Source: Phoronis australis (taxonomy: Eukaryota > Animalia > Phoronida). Taken from it: a DNA stretch of 64,000 nt. Location: NCBI GenBank assembly GCA_002633005.1, contig NMRA01000075.1, positions 821,843 through 885,842 on the forward strand, read 5' to 3'. The notes under the pieces were generated by a model. The model was given only the letters and a program-made list of their open reading frames with translations. It made no database searches and had not been told where the DNA came from. The position numbers and the translations under genes were made by a program. Each line of letters opens with the position of its first letter. Within the stretch, counting starts at the first letter, position 1. Positions 1 to 13,156 of this stretch are shown piece after piece.

Positions 1-689
1 TGACTACCCGGGTATAGTTGACTCAGTTATGCTCGTCACCTCGTCGTAAAACTTAGGCTACATCAACATATAAAGCTAACGGACCGGCGGGGGCGCATGC
101 AAAATCTGGTATAGTCACCCGACACTCCCATTGTTCGTTGCAGCCGTTTAAATGGAAAACAATCAAATAAACGTCATTTTGTAGCATAATTTGCCGCCTT
201 TTTAACAAAGAAGTGTATCGCCCGTTTCAAGAAGAGCACGCTCGTGACACGGCGCACGCGCCATTTCATAAAAATTTGGAGACGTCTTTCGGGACATGAT
301 AACAGCTTCGCAGCACCAAGGTTGTTCTAAAATTCGGTTTGCTGATGTAAAAATACTAAAAACTTGAAACAAAATGAAACAAGCTCCGATAATTTGTTAT
401 AACATGTACGCAACCTAGGTACCGTCAGCGACAAACACTTGATAAAAGAATCAGGGGGAAAAGAAACTGGTAAAGGTCAGGTGACGTAATCGCAAAAAGC
501 CGAGAACACATCACAATTTTACTAGCAGCAGCCGATGAACGATCGCTAACATTTCCAACACCGGTAAATACAGAAGTTGGTTTACTCTTGGAACCTGGTT
601 CCTAGGTTTACTCAAGGATGACTTAGTTTTAAGGACATTTATTTGAGTCAGGTTTTATTTGTACATTTTTTACCCATATCGGCTAAAGC

Positions 690-1112
690 CTGTAGGTCCA
701 TATCTACGCTGAGCTTTGGGCCAAGGCTTGGGTAACCCGGCGATGGTATGCGATGACCATCCCTTTAGAAGACGCCTTTTTCGAAGAGTTTGAGCAACCA
801 GGTGCCATACAAAAAGGCATAGCGAACCTTTTACAGCACTGTGGCAAACAATAAATATAAGGACGATTGATACAATGATAAATTACGATGTAAACTCTTC
901 AAATATGACATAAGCAATGAATGTGTAAAGCAGCCGATACCCCGCCGGGCACGTCACTGACACATCAGCCAATCAGCGATCGCTTTCAGAATTCAGTGTT
1001 TTGACCATAAATTCGAATTGGCTTTAGTTTGGCACGCAAGTCAGGCAAATGTGAGTTTTATTTGTATGTTAGAACCGATTAACTGCAACATTATTTTGAC
1101 TACAGTCCCCTT
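690..1112 (-). mobile_element. Kolobok-like DNA transposon end with THAP N-terminal remnant
   Basis: Minus-strand terminus reads TTAA|AAGGGGACTGTAG (TTAA at 1113-1116). Minus-strand ATG at 820 gives MPFCMAPGCSNSSKKASSKGMVIAYHR, a THAP C-x4-C start, then degenerates. The other end was not located. Confidence 0.55.
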
Positions 1113-1679
1113 TTAAGCCAACCGAGAAGGATATGGTTTCCTCTATATCTCACTATGCTTTGGCCGGCGAACAAGACTCTGTCTTTCATCATGTGAAATA
1201 TTTAGTCTGACATTACAGGGTCGCGGCATCAGAATAACTTCTACTCCCGACCTATTTGCAGTGAGTTTCATATGAGGCCGACAGATGTCCTAGTATCATA
1301 TCCCACAATGCCTAGCTCTTCCTTTTCTATCGCCATTATTGCTAAGGCAAGTCTGTGTAAGAGTGATGAAAGAAATCTTGTAAATAAAAGTCTCGATGAA
1401 CGGCATCTGTCGCTGAAAACATATTCTACAGAAAACTTGTTCATTGTTAAGCTTTAGAAACTCGATATTCGCGAAGTTAATCTTATATTGAGTCCGTGTG
1501 CGATGTAAATGCTAGGTATTTTTATTATGTCTATCAACTCTACTTAGTCCGTGGGGTATGGGCCAACAGATACTTATCGACCGGAACTGGCTTGAAATAT
1601 CTTGTTTATTGATGGTAAAGCACTTTGTGTTTGCCATGTGGCGCAGGTGTAATAGTTGTAGTGATGCCCTAGCCCAATT

Positions 1680-2510
1680 CATGGACGTGCAGCATTGATG
1701 TAAGGGGGGCTACACTGTACCTAATTACCGGACGGACCCTAAATATCGGACATTTCATAAAATCTTACTTGAAGCATAATCTGTGAATTAGATGACACCA
1801 ATTTTTGTTCCGCTGTAATGCATTCAATGTCAGGCGTTTTTTACGGCGTTGCCTCGTTTTGATTTCACGGAGAGAGGGTGCAATTTAGACCCCCAAGTCG
1901 GCCTAAAATGGACGATCGCATAAATCGGTTATAAAAGTTGAAAACAAAATCTTTTTCCACAATGAAGCCATCTCATTGAACTGACAGTATGTCACTTCCA
2001 TTGTTTCATTTGTTTTTCAACTCAAGTCAAACCCCGACGGGTGTCATATCAAGAAGCCAAAGTGATACTTAAAACTGCAGTGAGTTTGCACATGCTGTAG
2101 TCGTCTGCACTGATTCATCGAAACGACTTGGCGCCGTCATCAGATTTCATTTTATGGATAATTTTGTTGCGAATGGACCTGTGTTCTGAAATTTGGCTAC
2201 AAGGTGCCCGCGGCCATTACGTGGTTAGTCAGTTTTTCGCGGCGTGGCGTATGGTGTCTGATATTTAGGTTCTCTGAAGGTTTGCTAATTGTGTTTTTTA
2301 AAGATCGGTCAGAACATAAATGTGGCCTTCGGTGACAAGATATTGTAACAGACCAATTCTATAAAGGTAAGCCTTTATTTTGGCAAAAAATTTACAACAA
2401 GCCCTAGTATTTTTCAATTATGTATAATGCAAATTGTGCCAAAACGTCCGATAATTAGGTCACTTGGCTGTATATAGCCCCCTCCAGCCCCCATGGTGCG
2501 CCGCCCCATG
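1680..2510. mobile_element. Small CATG-ended MITE interrupted by a Tc1/mariner-like element
   Basis: Ends CATGG...GCGCCGCCCCATG with 5-bp direct repeat CAATT (1675-1679, 2511-2515). The halves match uninterrupted ~75-bp copies at 32897-32972 and 51697-51771. Confidence 0.65.
1713..2470. mobile_element. Non-autonomous Tc1/mariner-like element (TA TSD)
   Basis: TA at 1711-1712 and 2471-2472. Imperfect TIR ACCTAATTACCGGACG / CGTCCGATAATTAGGT. No transposase ORF. Confidence 0.55.
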
Positions 2511-2627
2511 CAATTAGCACACTAGCTGATAATTTGTATTTTTACATCAGTCACTGTTACGTCGTAAAATTGCATTGCATTTAATGTCATTGCAGTGATT
2601 GACCGTGCAACATGCATCACGTTTGTA

Positions 2628-3198
2628 TAGACAGTGACCCACCGTCTCTGGCCGACTAGACAGACTAGAGACGGTGTAGCTCCTATAAGAGCTACATATG
2701 CCAGAAGCTTTTCGGCGAATTATGCCTCACACTGAGTCAAACATCAAAGTCACGTTGTTATAAATAATTTTTATGCATAGAAGAACATCATAAGACTTAG
2801 GAGGCCGTCGATGTATTCCTTCCAACTCAAAGGAATACTCCCGTTATTAAACTTTTTCTTCAAGCAGTCACTTGTAAAGTTCCCAGAATCGGTAACTGGC
2901 CATTTTTATACTGCGCACACCAGGGGATATGACGTCACACCACCTGCCGTGCGCAGTGTTAAAAAGGGGGTTTCCGATTTTGGGAACTGAAGGAGGGAGC
3001 GCTCGAAGAAAAAGTTTGATAACGGGAATATTTGTTCATGTTGGAAAGAATTAAAGACATCGACGGCCTCTTAAGGTGTCCCTCTATGCGCAAAAGGTAT
3101 TTATAACAACGTGACTTTGATGTTTTAGTCAGTGTGAGGCATATGAAGCTCCTATAGGAGCTACACCGTCTACAGCTAGAGACGGTGGTCATTGTCTA
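2628..3198. mobile_element. MITE with ~200-bp terminal inverted repeats, copy 1
   Basis: TAGACAGTGACC...GGTCATTGTCTA. Long inverted arms (e.g. AACATCAAAGTCACGTTGTTATAAATA / TATTTATAACAACGTGACTTTGATGTT). Confidence 0.75.
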
Positions 3199-3461
3199 AT
3201 TTTTGTACTGGTTAGAACCATTTTTACATANGCGCTCTCTTGAGGCTTGCGGACGAGGATGCTTCCCAAGTCGCTAGTCTCACTGTCAAAATTAAGATTT
3301 GATGTTACAAACAGGTTTGGAAAGTCAATAAATTTCAGAACAAATAATTAGTTTTAATGTTTATTGTTTCTAAATCACAACAATTACATCACAGTACAGA
3401 CAAAAATAACATCAAAAATATATTTAATCTCGCACCCATTACACAGCTGAAGTTGACATTT

Positions 3462-3655
3462 TGTCCGTTGACCGTGTTTGGCGGTCCGTTAACCGTGTTT
3501 CCTCGTGAATATGAGTCCGTGTCCCGTGTATTTGGGTGCGTGGATCGTGTTTTGTGAGTCCGTTCCCGTGTTTGTGAGTCAGTGGACGGTGTTTGGCGGT
3601 CCGTGAGTCGTGTTCATGCGTCCGTTCCCGTGTTTTTGAGTCCGTTGACCGTGTA
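3462..3655. repeat. Short degenerate tandem repeat (GTCCGTTGACCGTGTTT-like, ~20 bp)
   Basis: Repeated gagtccgt/accgtgttt motifs between the two duplicated blocks. Confidence 0.6.
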
Positions 3656-3778
3656 GTTTAGGTACCTTGACACTAGCTGATAATTTGTATTTTTACATCA
3701 GTCACTGTTACGTCGTAAAATTGCATTGCATTTAATGTCATTGCAGTGATTGAACGTGCAACATGCATCACGTTTGTA

Positions 3779-4371
3779 TAGACAGTGACCCACCGTCTGG
3801 CCGACTAGACAGACTAGAGACGGTGTAGCTCCTATAAGAGCTACATATGCCAGAAGCTTTTCGGCGTATTATGCCTCACACTGACTCAAACATCAAAGTC
3901 ACGTTGTTATAAATAATTTTTATGCATAGAAGAACATCATAAGACTTAAGAGGCCGTCGATGTATTCCTTCCAACTCGAAGGAATACTCCAGTTATTAAA
4001 CTTTTCTTCAAGCAGTCACTCGTGAAGTTCCCAGAATCAGTAACTGGCCATTTTTATACTGCGCACACCAGGGGATGTGACGTCACACCACCTGCCGTGC
4101 GCAGTGTTAAAAAGGCGAGTTTCCGATTTTGGGAACTGAAGGAGGGACCGCTCGAAGAAAAAGTTTGATAACGTGAATATTTCTTCAAGTTGGAAAGAAT
4201 TAAAGACATCGACGTCCTCTTAAGGTGTCCCTCTATGCGCACAAGGTGTTTATAACAACGTGACTTTGATGTTTTAGTCAGTGTGAGGCATAGTTCGCCG
4301 AAAAGCTTCCAGCATATGAAGCTCCTATAGGAGCTACGCCGTCTACAGCTAGAGACGGTGGTCATTGTCTA
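3779..4371. mobile_element. MITE with ~200-bp terminal inverted repeats, copy 2
   Basis: Near-identical to 2628-3198, and the flanks are duplicated too (block ~3671-4402 vs ~2520-3230). Confidence 0.75.
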
Positions 4372-4923
4372 ATTTTTGTAGTGGTTAGGACCATTTTTAC
4401 ATATTGGGTTAGCCTATTACTCATTAGGGCCATCGAAAACTTCACCAATTTGTGAAAGGGTTAAAAGTTAAAAAAGTGGGGGTGGTGGAATACTTGGGTG
4501 TGCTAGTACTATCCAAATCAAATTCTCGAGATGTTTCGGGGAACCATAAATGGTCTTGCACATTTGCCTCTTTTCACCTTCATCTAACAGTGACTGGTCA
4601 AATCTCGTGGCACCTTGACCTAATGACGACATATTATAATTGACCTATTGCAAACTCTTCCCCTTGTGCAATGTCGACAAACAAACGAGCAGTTTTACCT
4701 CGCAACGTGTTGTTTGTCGGGTAAAATGGCGGCTTGGAAATAAAGGTGTGTCTAGAATGCCGCATTCTGATTGGTAAGTTAAGCCATCACTCAAAATCCT
4801 GGCGACAGTTCAATTGCTAGTAGGGTGAGCAAAGCAAAATGCCAATTTCATCAGGAACACATGAACGTGGCTTCAGATCATAGATTTTAACTTGCCATTT
4901 GCATTTTTTGACGGTTCTGGGGT

Positions 4924-4986
4924 TATTTAAAATTTAGACCTTCAAAAATGGCCTTTTTTAGCAAACGAAACCTCGAAATTTTACAG
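4924..4986 (+). promoter_or_regulatory. RPL31: RPL31 core promoter and short non-coding exon 1 (TCT/5'TOP-like start)
   Basis: TATTTAAAA at 4924 lies ~29 bp before pyrimidine run CCTTTTTT (4952-4959). Strong donor AG|GTGAGT at 4986/4987. YY1-like AAAATGGCGGC at ~4723. Confidence 0.5.
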
Positions 4987-5643
4987 GTGAGTGAGAGCTC
5001 TGAACTTTCACCTTAAAATTGTAAATACCAGAAGAAATGAGGTGGAAGTTTCAAGAGGGACTGCAGAGGCTAAATTTACTTTCTGTTGAATAAGTGTTGG
5101 GAGCATTTCACACTGGATACTTTCATTCTTTGCATAATGTATGTCTTCAGCATCTAGTATGTCAAAAGTTATCACCAGCTCTGGTGCTAGCTGTCAGTAA
5201 ATACACAAGTACCTGATCACCCTTTTATCATTGCTAAAATGGATTTCCCCATTTTTGAAAAAGTAATTCAAGGTATCGAATAAAAAGTCTTGAGCAAATA
5301 AACATTGGTTCATTAGTTCTGGAATCTCGGTGGCCTGTCCAAAATTATTAACTTAGTTTTAATGGATGCTAATAAGTGTGACTTTATGTTAAACTTCGTT
5401 GTTGAGCAAAAATAGTTGACGGTTAGTAACCTCTGATGATAATGTTGAAGATTTTTGCTGAATCTCAAAGTGTTTTTGTCGCATGTAAAAGTGATGATTC
5501 TGAAGATAAGTGACTACAACAAGCCAGGTGGATAGTAGGAACCATGTGGACATATTTCAATAGTTCTGTGCCTAGCAACTTTATTGCACTTGTCTCACAA
5601 TATTTGTAGTAACTGCATATTAACTCTCGATGTCTGTTGACAG

Positions 5644-8600
5644 ATGGCACCATCAGCCAAGAAGGGTGAAAAAAAGAAGTCTGCCATCAATGAGGTGGTG
5701 ACTCGTGAGTACACCATTAATATCCACAAGAGGATACACGGAATGTGAGTATGGAATATTGTACATAATTGTTATGAACCTCTCATTTCATTGTTTATTG
5801 GTCATATGTTGGTTTGAAATTGAGAACAACTCCCAAAATAACGATTACTGGAATACTGTTGGTACCCGTAATTGACATATGGTACACAGCGACTAAAAAT
5901 CCTAATGGGTCAGAAGTGCTACGACACCAAAACGTGCCAGACGTGCTCGTCTCCTACTTTTGACAATTGGAGGGAAGCACCCTCTGCTTGGGAATATTTT
6001 GAATGTACCTTTCTTAAAAATGAAATTTTGACTTGAAAAAGTTGGTAATGTTATAATAATAATTATAATAAATATGAAATATATTTCATAATCTCTGATC
6101 TTTTTTTCTGTCAGAAAATGTATACTTTCAGTGGTTGATATAACCTGGTTTTTTGCTATAAGAGTTGGAAATAGGTCAGTAAATTAGGTTTGAGATAACC
6201 TTAAGTTGGAATTTGATGAACTCGTATTCACCCAAGTGCAAATGAATTTCCTTCCAACTTCAAAGTTGATGGGAATATCCTAGTTATTTAGTGGGGAAGC
6301 ATTCCAAGTGTGTTTTGACATTGTTACGTTTGTGCTTAACAAGCGGGTATTTTTTCAGTGGTTTCAAGTACAGAGCTCCCCGTGCTGTCAAAGAGATCCG
6401 CAAGTTTGCTGTGAAAATGATGGGCACCCCAGATGTACGTCTTGACACAAGAGTCAACAAACATGTCTGGTCAAAGGGCATCAAGTAAGTTGCAACAACC
6501 TGAAAGTCTATTAATGCTACCCCACAATGTAAGGTATAATGGTATTTGGCTTTCCTTTTCGTGGTTGTTCCGTTGAAGTTCGGTTGTGGATGACTGACCA
6601 AGGAAAAAGGCACTTTTGTGGCTTAGCATTGTGCAATGTTTTCTGCTTTGGAAATTACTGCGTTCTGTCGGGGTTTGATCAGACTTATGATGGTCCTTTT
6701 TAACAGAACCCGATTTGAAACTGAAATTGCTGTTTTGGGGTGTATCTCAACGTTTCTGTTTGAAACCATAGCTTTACAGAAAAATACTGGTAAGGATACA
6801 AATATTCATTAGTAAAATTTGGTTTTTAACATGACAGATACGTAGCCAAATTTGCTAAAATATCTCAATCTCATTCACATTGTAAAGCCAAATACATGCT
6901 ATTCCACTGATTCCATATTTCATTGTCCATATTCGTTTGTGGGTGCGTTGTTGTTAAAGGGGAATGCCACCCGATTTAATTAGTCTTTTTTACCGTCTTG
7001 ATCGGTGTATATCCACATCGCCTCTTATACGGTCGACCTCACGTTGCTGAGAGGTGTCGCGTTAACCTTTGAGGAAGGTGAGAAGCGACGCAGCAACCTC
7101 AGTGGTTCGTCTGCAGAGTGAATGCCGCTCTATTGCGGTGCATCGGTTCCCGCTTGTCCGAACTATGAAGCTGCGAAGAAAGTGGGTATATCCGGTTTTT
7201 TTTTTTCCGACTTCCTCGAGAGCCCGAAATGCTTAGGAAGTGGCTCGCGGTAGTGAAGAATGAAAGGTACGCTGTTAATAGCAAGTATGAGGCCATGAAA
7301 CATATCCGTGTGTGTAGCTGGCATTTCGTCGAAAGTGATTTCTCTTACGAATTTCGGCTTACCAAAGAACTATCCATCCGTTCCTTTGCCTATGCATGTT
7401 CACGATGCCTCTAGTATTTCTTGATCAGTATATTCTGGTTTGAACTGATAGCTTTTGAAACCTAACAATCCGACCCGGGAAGTCTTCGTCAGATGATCTC
7501 CTGACTAAGTCAGGATTGGCACCGTGTAGACGTTTATTATTCTGCGTTCTGTTTCAAAATGAATTATTCTCGTACTAAAATGATCCTAACCAATGCTTAT
7601 ATGAAACTGAAACAAAATCTGTCTCATTATGCAATTTGTAATGCCTTGGAGTGCTCGTGACTGCAAATCTTTTGAGAAGCCAGCAGTAAATAAACCACTG
7701 CGTTACTGGCTTTTGATGCCGGCAACAAACATAATTGACCAGGCACTGAGGCCGTGTGAGCACATGCTAATTCAGTGTTTGCTGACAGAAAGCTGTTGTG
7801 AAACAATTACTCGATTTTATATGCTATTGTCACATATGTTAGGGGAATCTTTATTTAGAAATACAAATACATTATTCAAATCATTGTTACTGTACAATCT
7901 TTGCCCTGACCGTGGAAGGGGAACCCGACTTCGCGGTCCCTGACAAGTAAGTAGATTTTCAGTTTCGTGGCTAATTCACATATAACGTGCACATTATCTC
8001 TTTGGCTCACTATTATAGTCTTTTCGTGACTGGAGGTTTAGTTTCCAACTCGAGTTGGTTTATGTTCGTGCCAGTCCTGGCGGCCGCGACGGGCCTAATC
8101 GGGTTCCGAGCAACTGGCCGGGATAACAAGCGTTTTGTGCGTTTAGAATTCAAAAAACCACAAGTATAAACAACACAGATCTAGGTTCTCCTGTCTGTAT
8201 TTCACGGAAGATTACTTCGAATTTATCTCCGAACAGACCCCAAACTCCTGCTATGGACCTTGGTAAATTGGCTTGCCGAACTTTGTAGTCTACGTCGGTG
8301 TGTCCAAATACAAGTAAATCCGTAACAGCGAAATAAAACAACACGTTTTTATAAGAACTCGGTGTATTTTTAAGGGTTTTACATCGAAGTTTGATGATTT
8401 ATTGGTGTTAAACGATAAATTCAAGCGGTAAGCTGACACCACTAACCCGTGTTGTGAACTGCTGAACAGACTGCGTGTGAAACCAATTACGTCACTGGAT
8501 AATTTCAACACCTTCGTCTGCCGTCAGGTGTCAGGTAACGCAACTGAACCTGCCATTATCAAGTAGAACTACTCGATCTAAATTGATACACTGTAGGTTG

Positions 8601-10709
8601 TTTTTTTGAGTGTGTGGCATTCTCCTTTAAGGTAATTAGATACCTTCCCTACCAAGAGTGACAAGTCAAATATCTTTTAAAATACAACTCATCAACCCAT
8701 GAAACCTTGTTTTTATAATCCTTGATTATCAAAGAAACCTACTGTGAGCATGAAAATTATGCCTTACAGTTGGTAGTCATAGATTGTTTTTTTTTTTTTA
8801 TGCGCCCACGAATTTTATTTGATATAAATGTTCAAGGTGAGTTATCGAAGATGCTGTTACAGTTTTCAAAAATATCATTTTGTTTTCGTTTCATGCATTG
8901 GTTCGGTTAATGAAACCAAAATTCTTTTTATAGATATAAGTATAAATGAAAAATATACAGTTTATCAATAAATATTTCACAGCAACCAATCATAAAACTA
9001 AAGTGCATTACCAACAATGTTCCAGTTAATTTTTTAGTTTTAGTCTGCAACAAACCAATCTGCATTTGATGTGAATTGCTCATGCTGCCAACTTGGCAAA
9101 CAGGTGTCATGGCTACATGATTATGAAGGAGTCACTTGGAGGGTGCACACGTGTTAATAAACTTATTATTGAACAACAATGTTGTTGAATATAAATTTTA
9201 AGATGAGTAATTTATCAAAAGAAAACACTTTGTTAGACAGCTTTCAAGTCGGTTAGTCCCAGCCACTCTCTCATGGTGATGACCTCTTCTAACAAAGGAC
9301 ATTTTTTTCACTGAAACATAGTCATTATAGAAATATTGACAAGGTAAATGTCTGGTTCACAGGAAGAGTTGTCGTGCAGAACTGTGTGACTATTTTACGC
9401 TGGTTCTTGTGCTCGATATCATTAAGTTAATACTTGTTGGTGTTGGCTTGTGTAGTAAGTGTGTACCTCCATGTTTCAGAAATGTACCATACAGGATCCG
9501 AGTGCGCCTCGCCCGGAAGAGGAACGAAGATGAAGACTCGGTGCACAAGCTCTACACTCTTGTGACATACGTGCCTTGTGCCAAGTTCAAGGGTTAGTGG
9601 TGCACCTTTCCTTGTCTTTCTACTTACCCATGCTCGTAATTAACGAAAACAAGCCCGCCTATGTGGGCATATTTTGGTAATTCAAAAATTTGACCATAGG
9701 TGTATTTTTGGTTTGCATGTTTCGAAAATCTGATGCATTGTGCAGTGTTTTGATGTCAAATTTTGTTGATTTTGACCCGTTAAACATTATTTTTGGGTCT
9801 CGTTTTTACTGAAATGACATCATTTGACGTGACATTCGGTATGGTTGTTGGTAATAACTGTATTAGCACAATATGAACAGTTTTAGCATACTGTGTGAAC
9901 TTTGGAGATAAGTATAAACACAAAAATTTCTTACGGGTGATGTAGCTTACAAGTTCATTCATTAAAAAGGAACAAATTGATTTAAGAAATGTCTACTTTT
10001 ACACAGTTTCCACACTTATCCCTCACTTTTCACAGCAAATTCAGTTGACATTGCGAGTGAATGTTGAAATACCTAACATTGTTAAGGCATGTATAGGTTA
10101 CATTGACCAAAAACAAGTTTTCGAATAATTTGAGATTTCCACTCAACCCATTTTGATCGGCTTTTTTTGGCTTTGGCAAATCGTCTTAAATTGAACTCTT
10201 AGGATCACTAGTTCTCAAATGGCTTAGTGGATTTCGCTGAAACTTTCCAAACTCGATATTTATTCAATTTCAAAAACGATGTTAGGATTTTTGATATAAA
10301 GGCCTAGTTTTTGCGTAATGTAACAAAGACAAATATGACTTCTATTTTTTACAAAAACACCTTATGTTGATTTGTAATAGAATCCAACCAAAAACATGAA
10401 GCTGATGGCATTTATGATTAGCTGAGAGTGCATGGAGACACTTTAGTTTAACATTTGTTGATAAATGTCTTTCCATTGAATTCTTCATCGCCGAAGTACA
10501 CTTCGACACCTTGAATCTGCGGCATTTTTCTTGGACCTAACAATGTGGGAAAGCGCTGGTTAATAATTGTAGCTTTGACATTAGTTGTAGTCTTAAGTTT
10601 TGATATTTTTAAGGTTGTGACTTTTTTTGTCTGATGTGCGATGGCGTGACTGTTCTTTTGTTTACTTTCAGGTACACAGACAGAGAACGTGGACAGTAGT
10701 ACTGACTAG
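5644..10709 (+). CDS. RPL31: 60S ribosomal protein L31 (eL31), 125 aa, 4 coding exons
   Basis: Exons 5644-5744, 6359-6484, 9480-9592, 10672-10709 (378 nt, all GT-AG, phases consistent). Protein [51 protein letters not shown]...[26 protein letters not shown]...[11 protein letters not shown]. Confidence 0.97.
6958..8626 (+). mobile_element. Non-autonomous Kolobok-like element, family 1 copy A (in an RPL31 intron)
   Basis: TTAA on both sides. TIR AGGGGAATGCCAC / GTGGCATTCTCCT. Frameshifted THAP remnant ~7130-7370 (VPACPNYE...[14 protein letters not shown]...RVCSWHF). Homologous to 47100-48719 and 60846-63116. Confidence 0.85.
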
Positions 10710-12915
10710 ATGATGGCGCTTTGGTTGTAAACTTGAGAAAAATAAGAAAAATGTATATACAAATTGTTTGTTGTTGTTTTGTACATCAATTATTAATCTT
10801 GGTCTGGTTTGTGTGTACATAAGGGCATTAGTACGTAATTTCTTTGGGGGAGGGCTATTTGCTGTTCCATGACTGGGGCTGAGAAGATCGAAATCGGCCT
10901 AGGAACCTCGTGAACTGGGTCCCATCATGTTAAGCCAGCTGATGTATTTTCCTGGGTGGAATTGTTTATAGTTTGTTTCATTATCAATCCTGTCCGTTAG
11001 AGGCTCTTTAAGAAATTCCATGCAGCTCTTTCCTAACTCTAAGTAAACTTACTGAATGAACTTCATGAAGCTTCTCAATGGAACTGTGTTACTGTTTCTG
11101 TCCAGTACAACACAAGACAATCTGTGTCTCCACGTGTTGAAAGTGGTTTTACTGGAGCCAATGTACAGTCTACACAGTCAGTGCACATGTCAGTGGACTC
11201 CATGCTGTTCTTCCATTCTGTCGAAAACTGAACAAAATGAAAAATTGTGAAATTTGAAAAAGGTGACAAAAATGCCAAATTGACAGTTTTCAGTCCAAAA
11301 TCACGACTTTCATGACAATGTTGAACAAACCAGCACCGATTCTGAAAGCAATTTTCCTGCATATTCTAAAAATTGATTCAAAATTGCTGGCATCTTGCTA
11401 CACTATAACAATCCTGGTTTTGGTGGTCACCTGAAGTACAGTGTAGCAGCACATTTCTCAGTCGCCACCCAGCAATGCCACAGTGTTTGTTTGGTGAAAA
11501 CGTGTATGTACAGCCGAAGTAGTCAACTGGTTGCCAACATGTTCGTAAACCAGTGCCTGCTTCAATTTTACTGCCGCCAAACCCGCCATGTCCCTGGAAA
11601 TTAATTTCTTACTGGACAGTGTCCCTCTTGCACATGTGGTCTCGTTATTTTATCATGATAACTGTTTAGTGCCACTTTGACTTACCACGTAGTCTCGCAT
11701 TGACCGTGGTGCACTTAGTAAGACTTCAGGTCAGGTTTTATGTAATTAGCGTGTCCGTTTACGTGCCGTGCATGGTTTCTTAACGAACCGCTATTTTGGC
11801 AAACCACAAGAAATTTTTTGAGTATGGAAAAAGTAAAGACCAATTGTTTGTAGCTATAAACATTCTGTACTGTAGTCTGAATCAAAAGTTTTCTTGTACG
11901 GAACACTGGTTCCGTAAAGCCTCTTGAATAATTCGAGACCTGGTTAAAAGTTCCAGGCGCGTGATTGAAACGGCGATTTTAGCCCCGGTCTTAGTTTTGT
12001 TTCGAAAAACTTATTTTGAATGGAAGCTACATTTTCATTATTAACAATAGTTATCCCCTCTTTGTGATCCATTCAGATAACCCGATTGAATATTGCAAGT
12101 GCAGTGAAATTTCAAGCGTATGCCTTTTCATTCAAAATATGAGCTAAGCATATTACTTTTTTACCAATTAAGATGGTATATGTGAGTCGATTTTACTGTA
12201 TCATGTAAATAAGGTATACGTTACAAGACGACACGATTAGCGATTATGTGACGAGAAATGTCCTGATTAGGGTACCCTCAAGTTGCCCCAGAACTGCGCT
12301 GAAAGGCTGTCAATGTAAAGTCTTAACGCATAGGCGCGTTGGACGGTTTAAAAACATTGCCGTGCCCGTCGGATCTTGGATTGACACTTTCTCAAGAAAA
12401 GTTTTTCCTGAGGTCGTAGGCGCACGATCTTTAATTTTAACCTAGCGGTCCCAGTACTCATGGTCGGAAGACCGGACAGCCTGTGAGTTCGTGTGCTCCG
12501 ACCGTCTCGTTCAGACCAGCCTAAACGCCCTTGGGTTACGCCATGCATATACGAGCCTGGGTCCTCTATGACCTGCCACTGGCATCGGACATCGCCTAAT
12601 TTGACTATCCGACCACTACAGTTCATCATGCCGGTGTTGAGAACAGTGTTTACAGCATTTTGCTACACCAAAAAATAAGGCCAGCCTGGCGTGCTTTACG
12701 CGTCACTGAGCCAAGTAATGTCAAGCCCGGTCATTGATAAAGACACAATCATGTATGCCCGAGTCACTGTTTTGTTAACAGTGCATCCGTAATTATATTA
12801 TTTCCACAAGATTAGGTTTCATTATTGCCTAGTTGGAAACAAAAAGGGTATGGGAAATTTGCGCACAAAGTCATGTTTATCACGAACTGCCCTTACGCAA
12901 ACTCGTGGCCTGATC

Positions 12916-13156
12916 CATGCGCGTACCCGGGGTGCGCGAACGAGCCCCCAATTTGGCGAATTGGCCGGGTAAAAAGGTCCGCCTCAGAGAAACAAAAACT
13001 CCGAGAAAACGAGGCAAAAGTCCACTAAAAAGGCGCAGACGCACAGTTCACACTGAGACCGTTTTTTATTTTGTATTGTCTTAGTCCTCCCTCTTTTTTG
13101 TGGCAAAAGGTCCAGGTGTCAGAGATTCGAGTCCCCCCCGGGCTGGGTGCGGGCAG
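12916..13156. mobile_element. ~250-bp MITE (CATGCG.. termini)
   Basis: Core AAAAGGTCCGCCTCA...AAACTCCGAGAAAACGAGGCAAAAGTCCACTAAAA is shared with 62548-62816. Imperfect short TIR. Confidence 0.7.

Noticed and set aside
5430-5506. Possible C/D-box snoRNA in RPL31 intron 1 (TGATGA...CTGA...GTGATGA..CTGA)
   Set aside because: C' and D are only 2 nt apart, the terminal stem is weak and no rRNA guide was recognised. A snoscan run would settle it.
12440-12520. Scattered 5S rRNA-like words on the minus strand; SRP helix-8-like and twister-like words on the plus strand
   Set aside because: Motif spacing is inconsistent with these families and key conserved nucleotides are missing.
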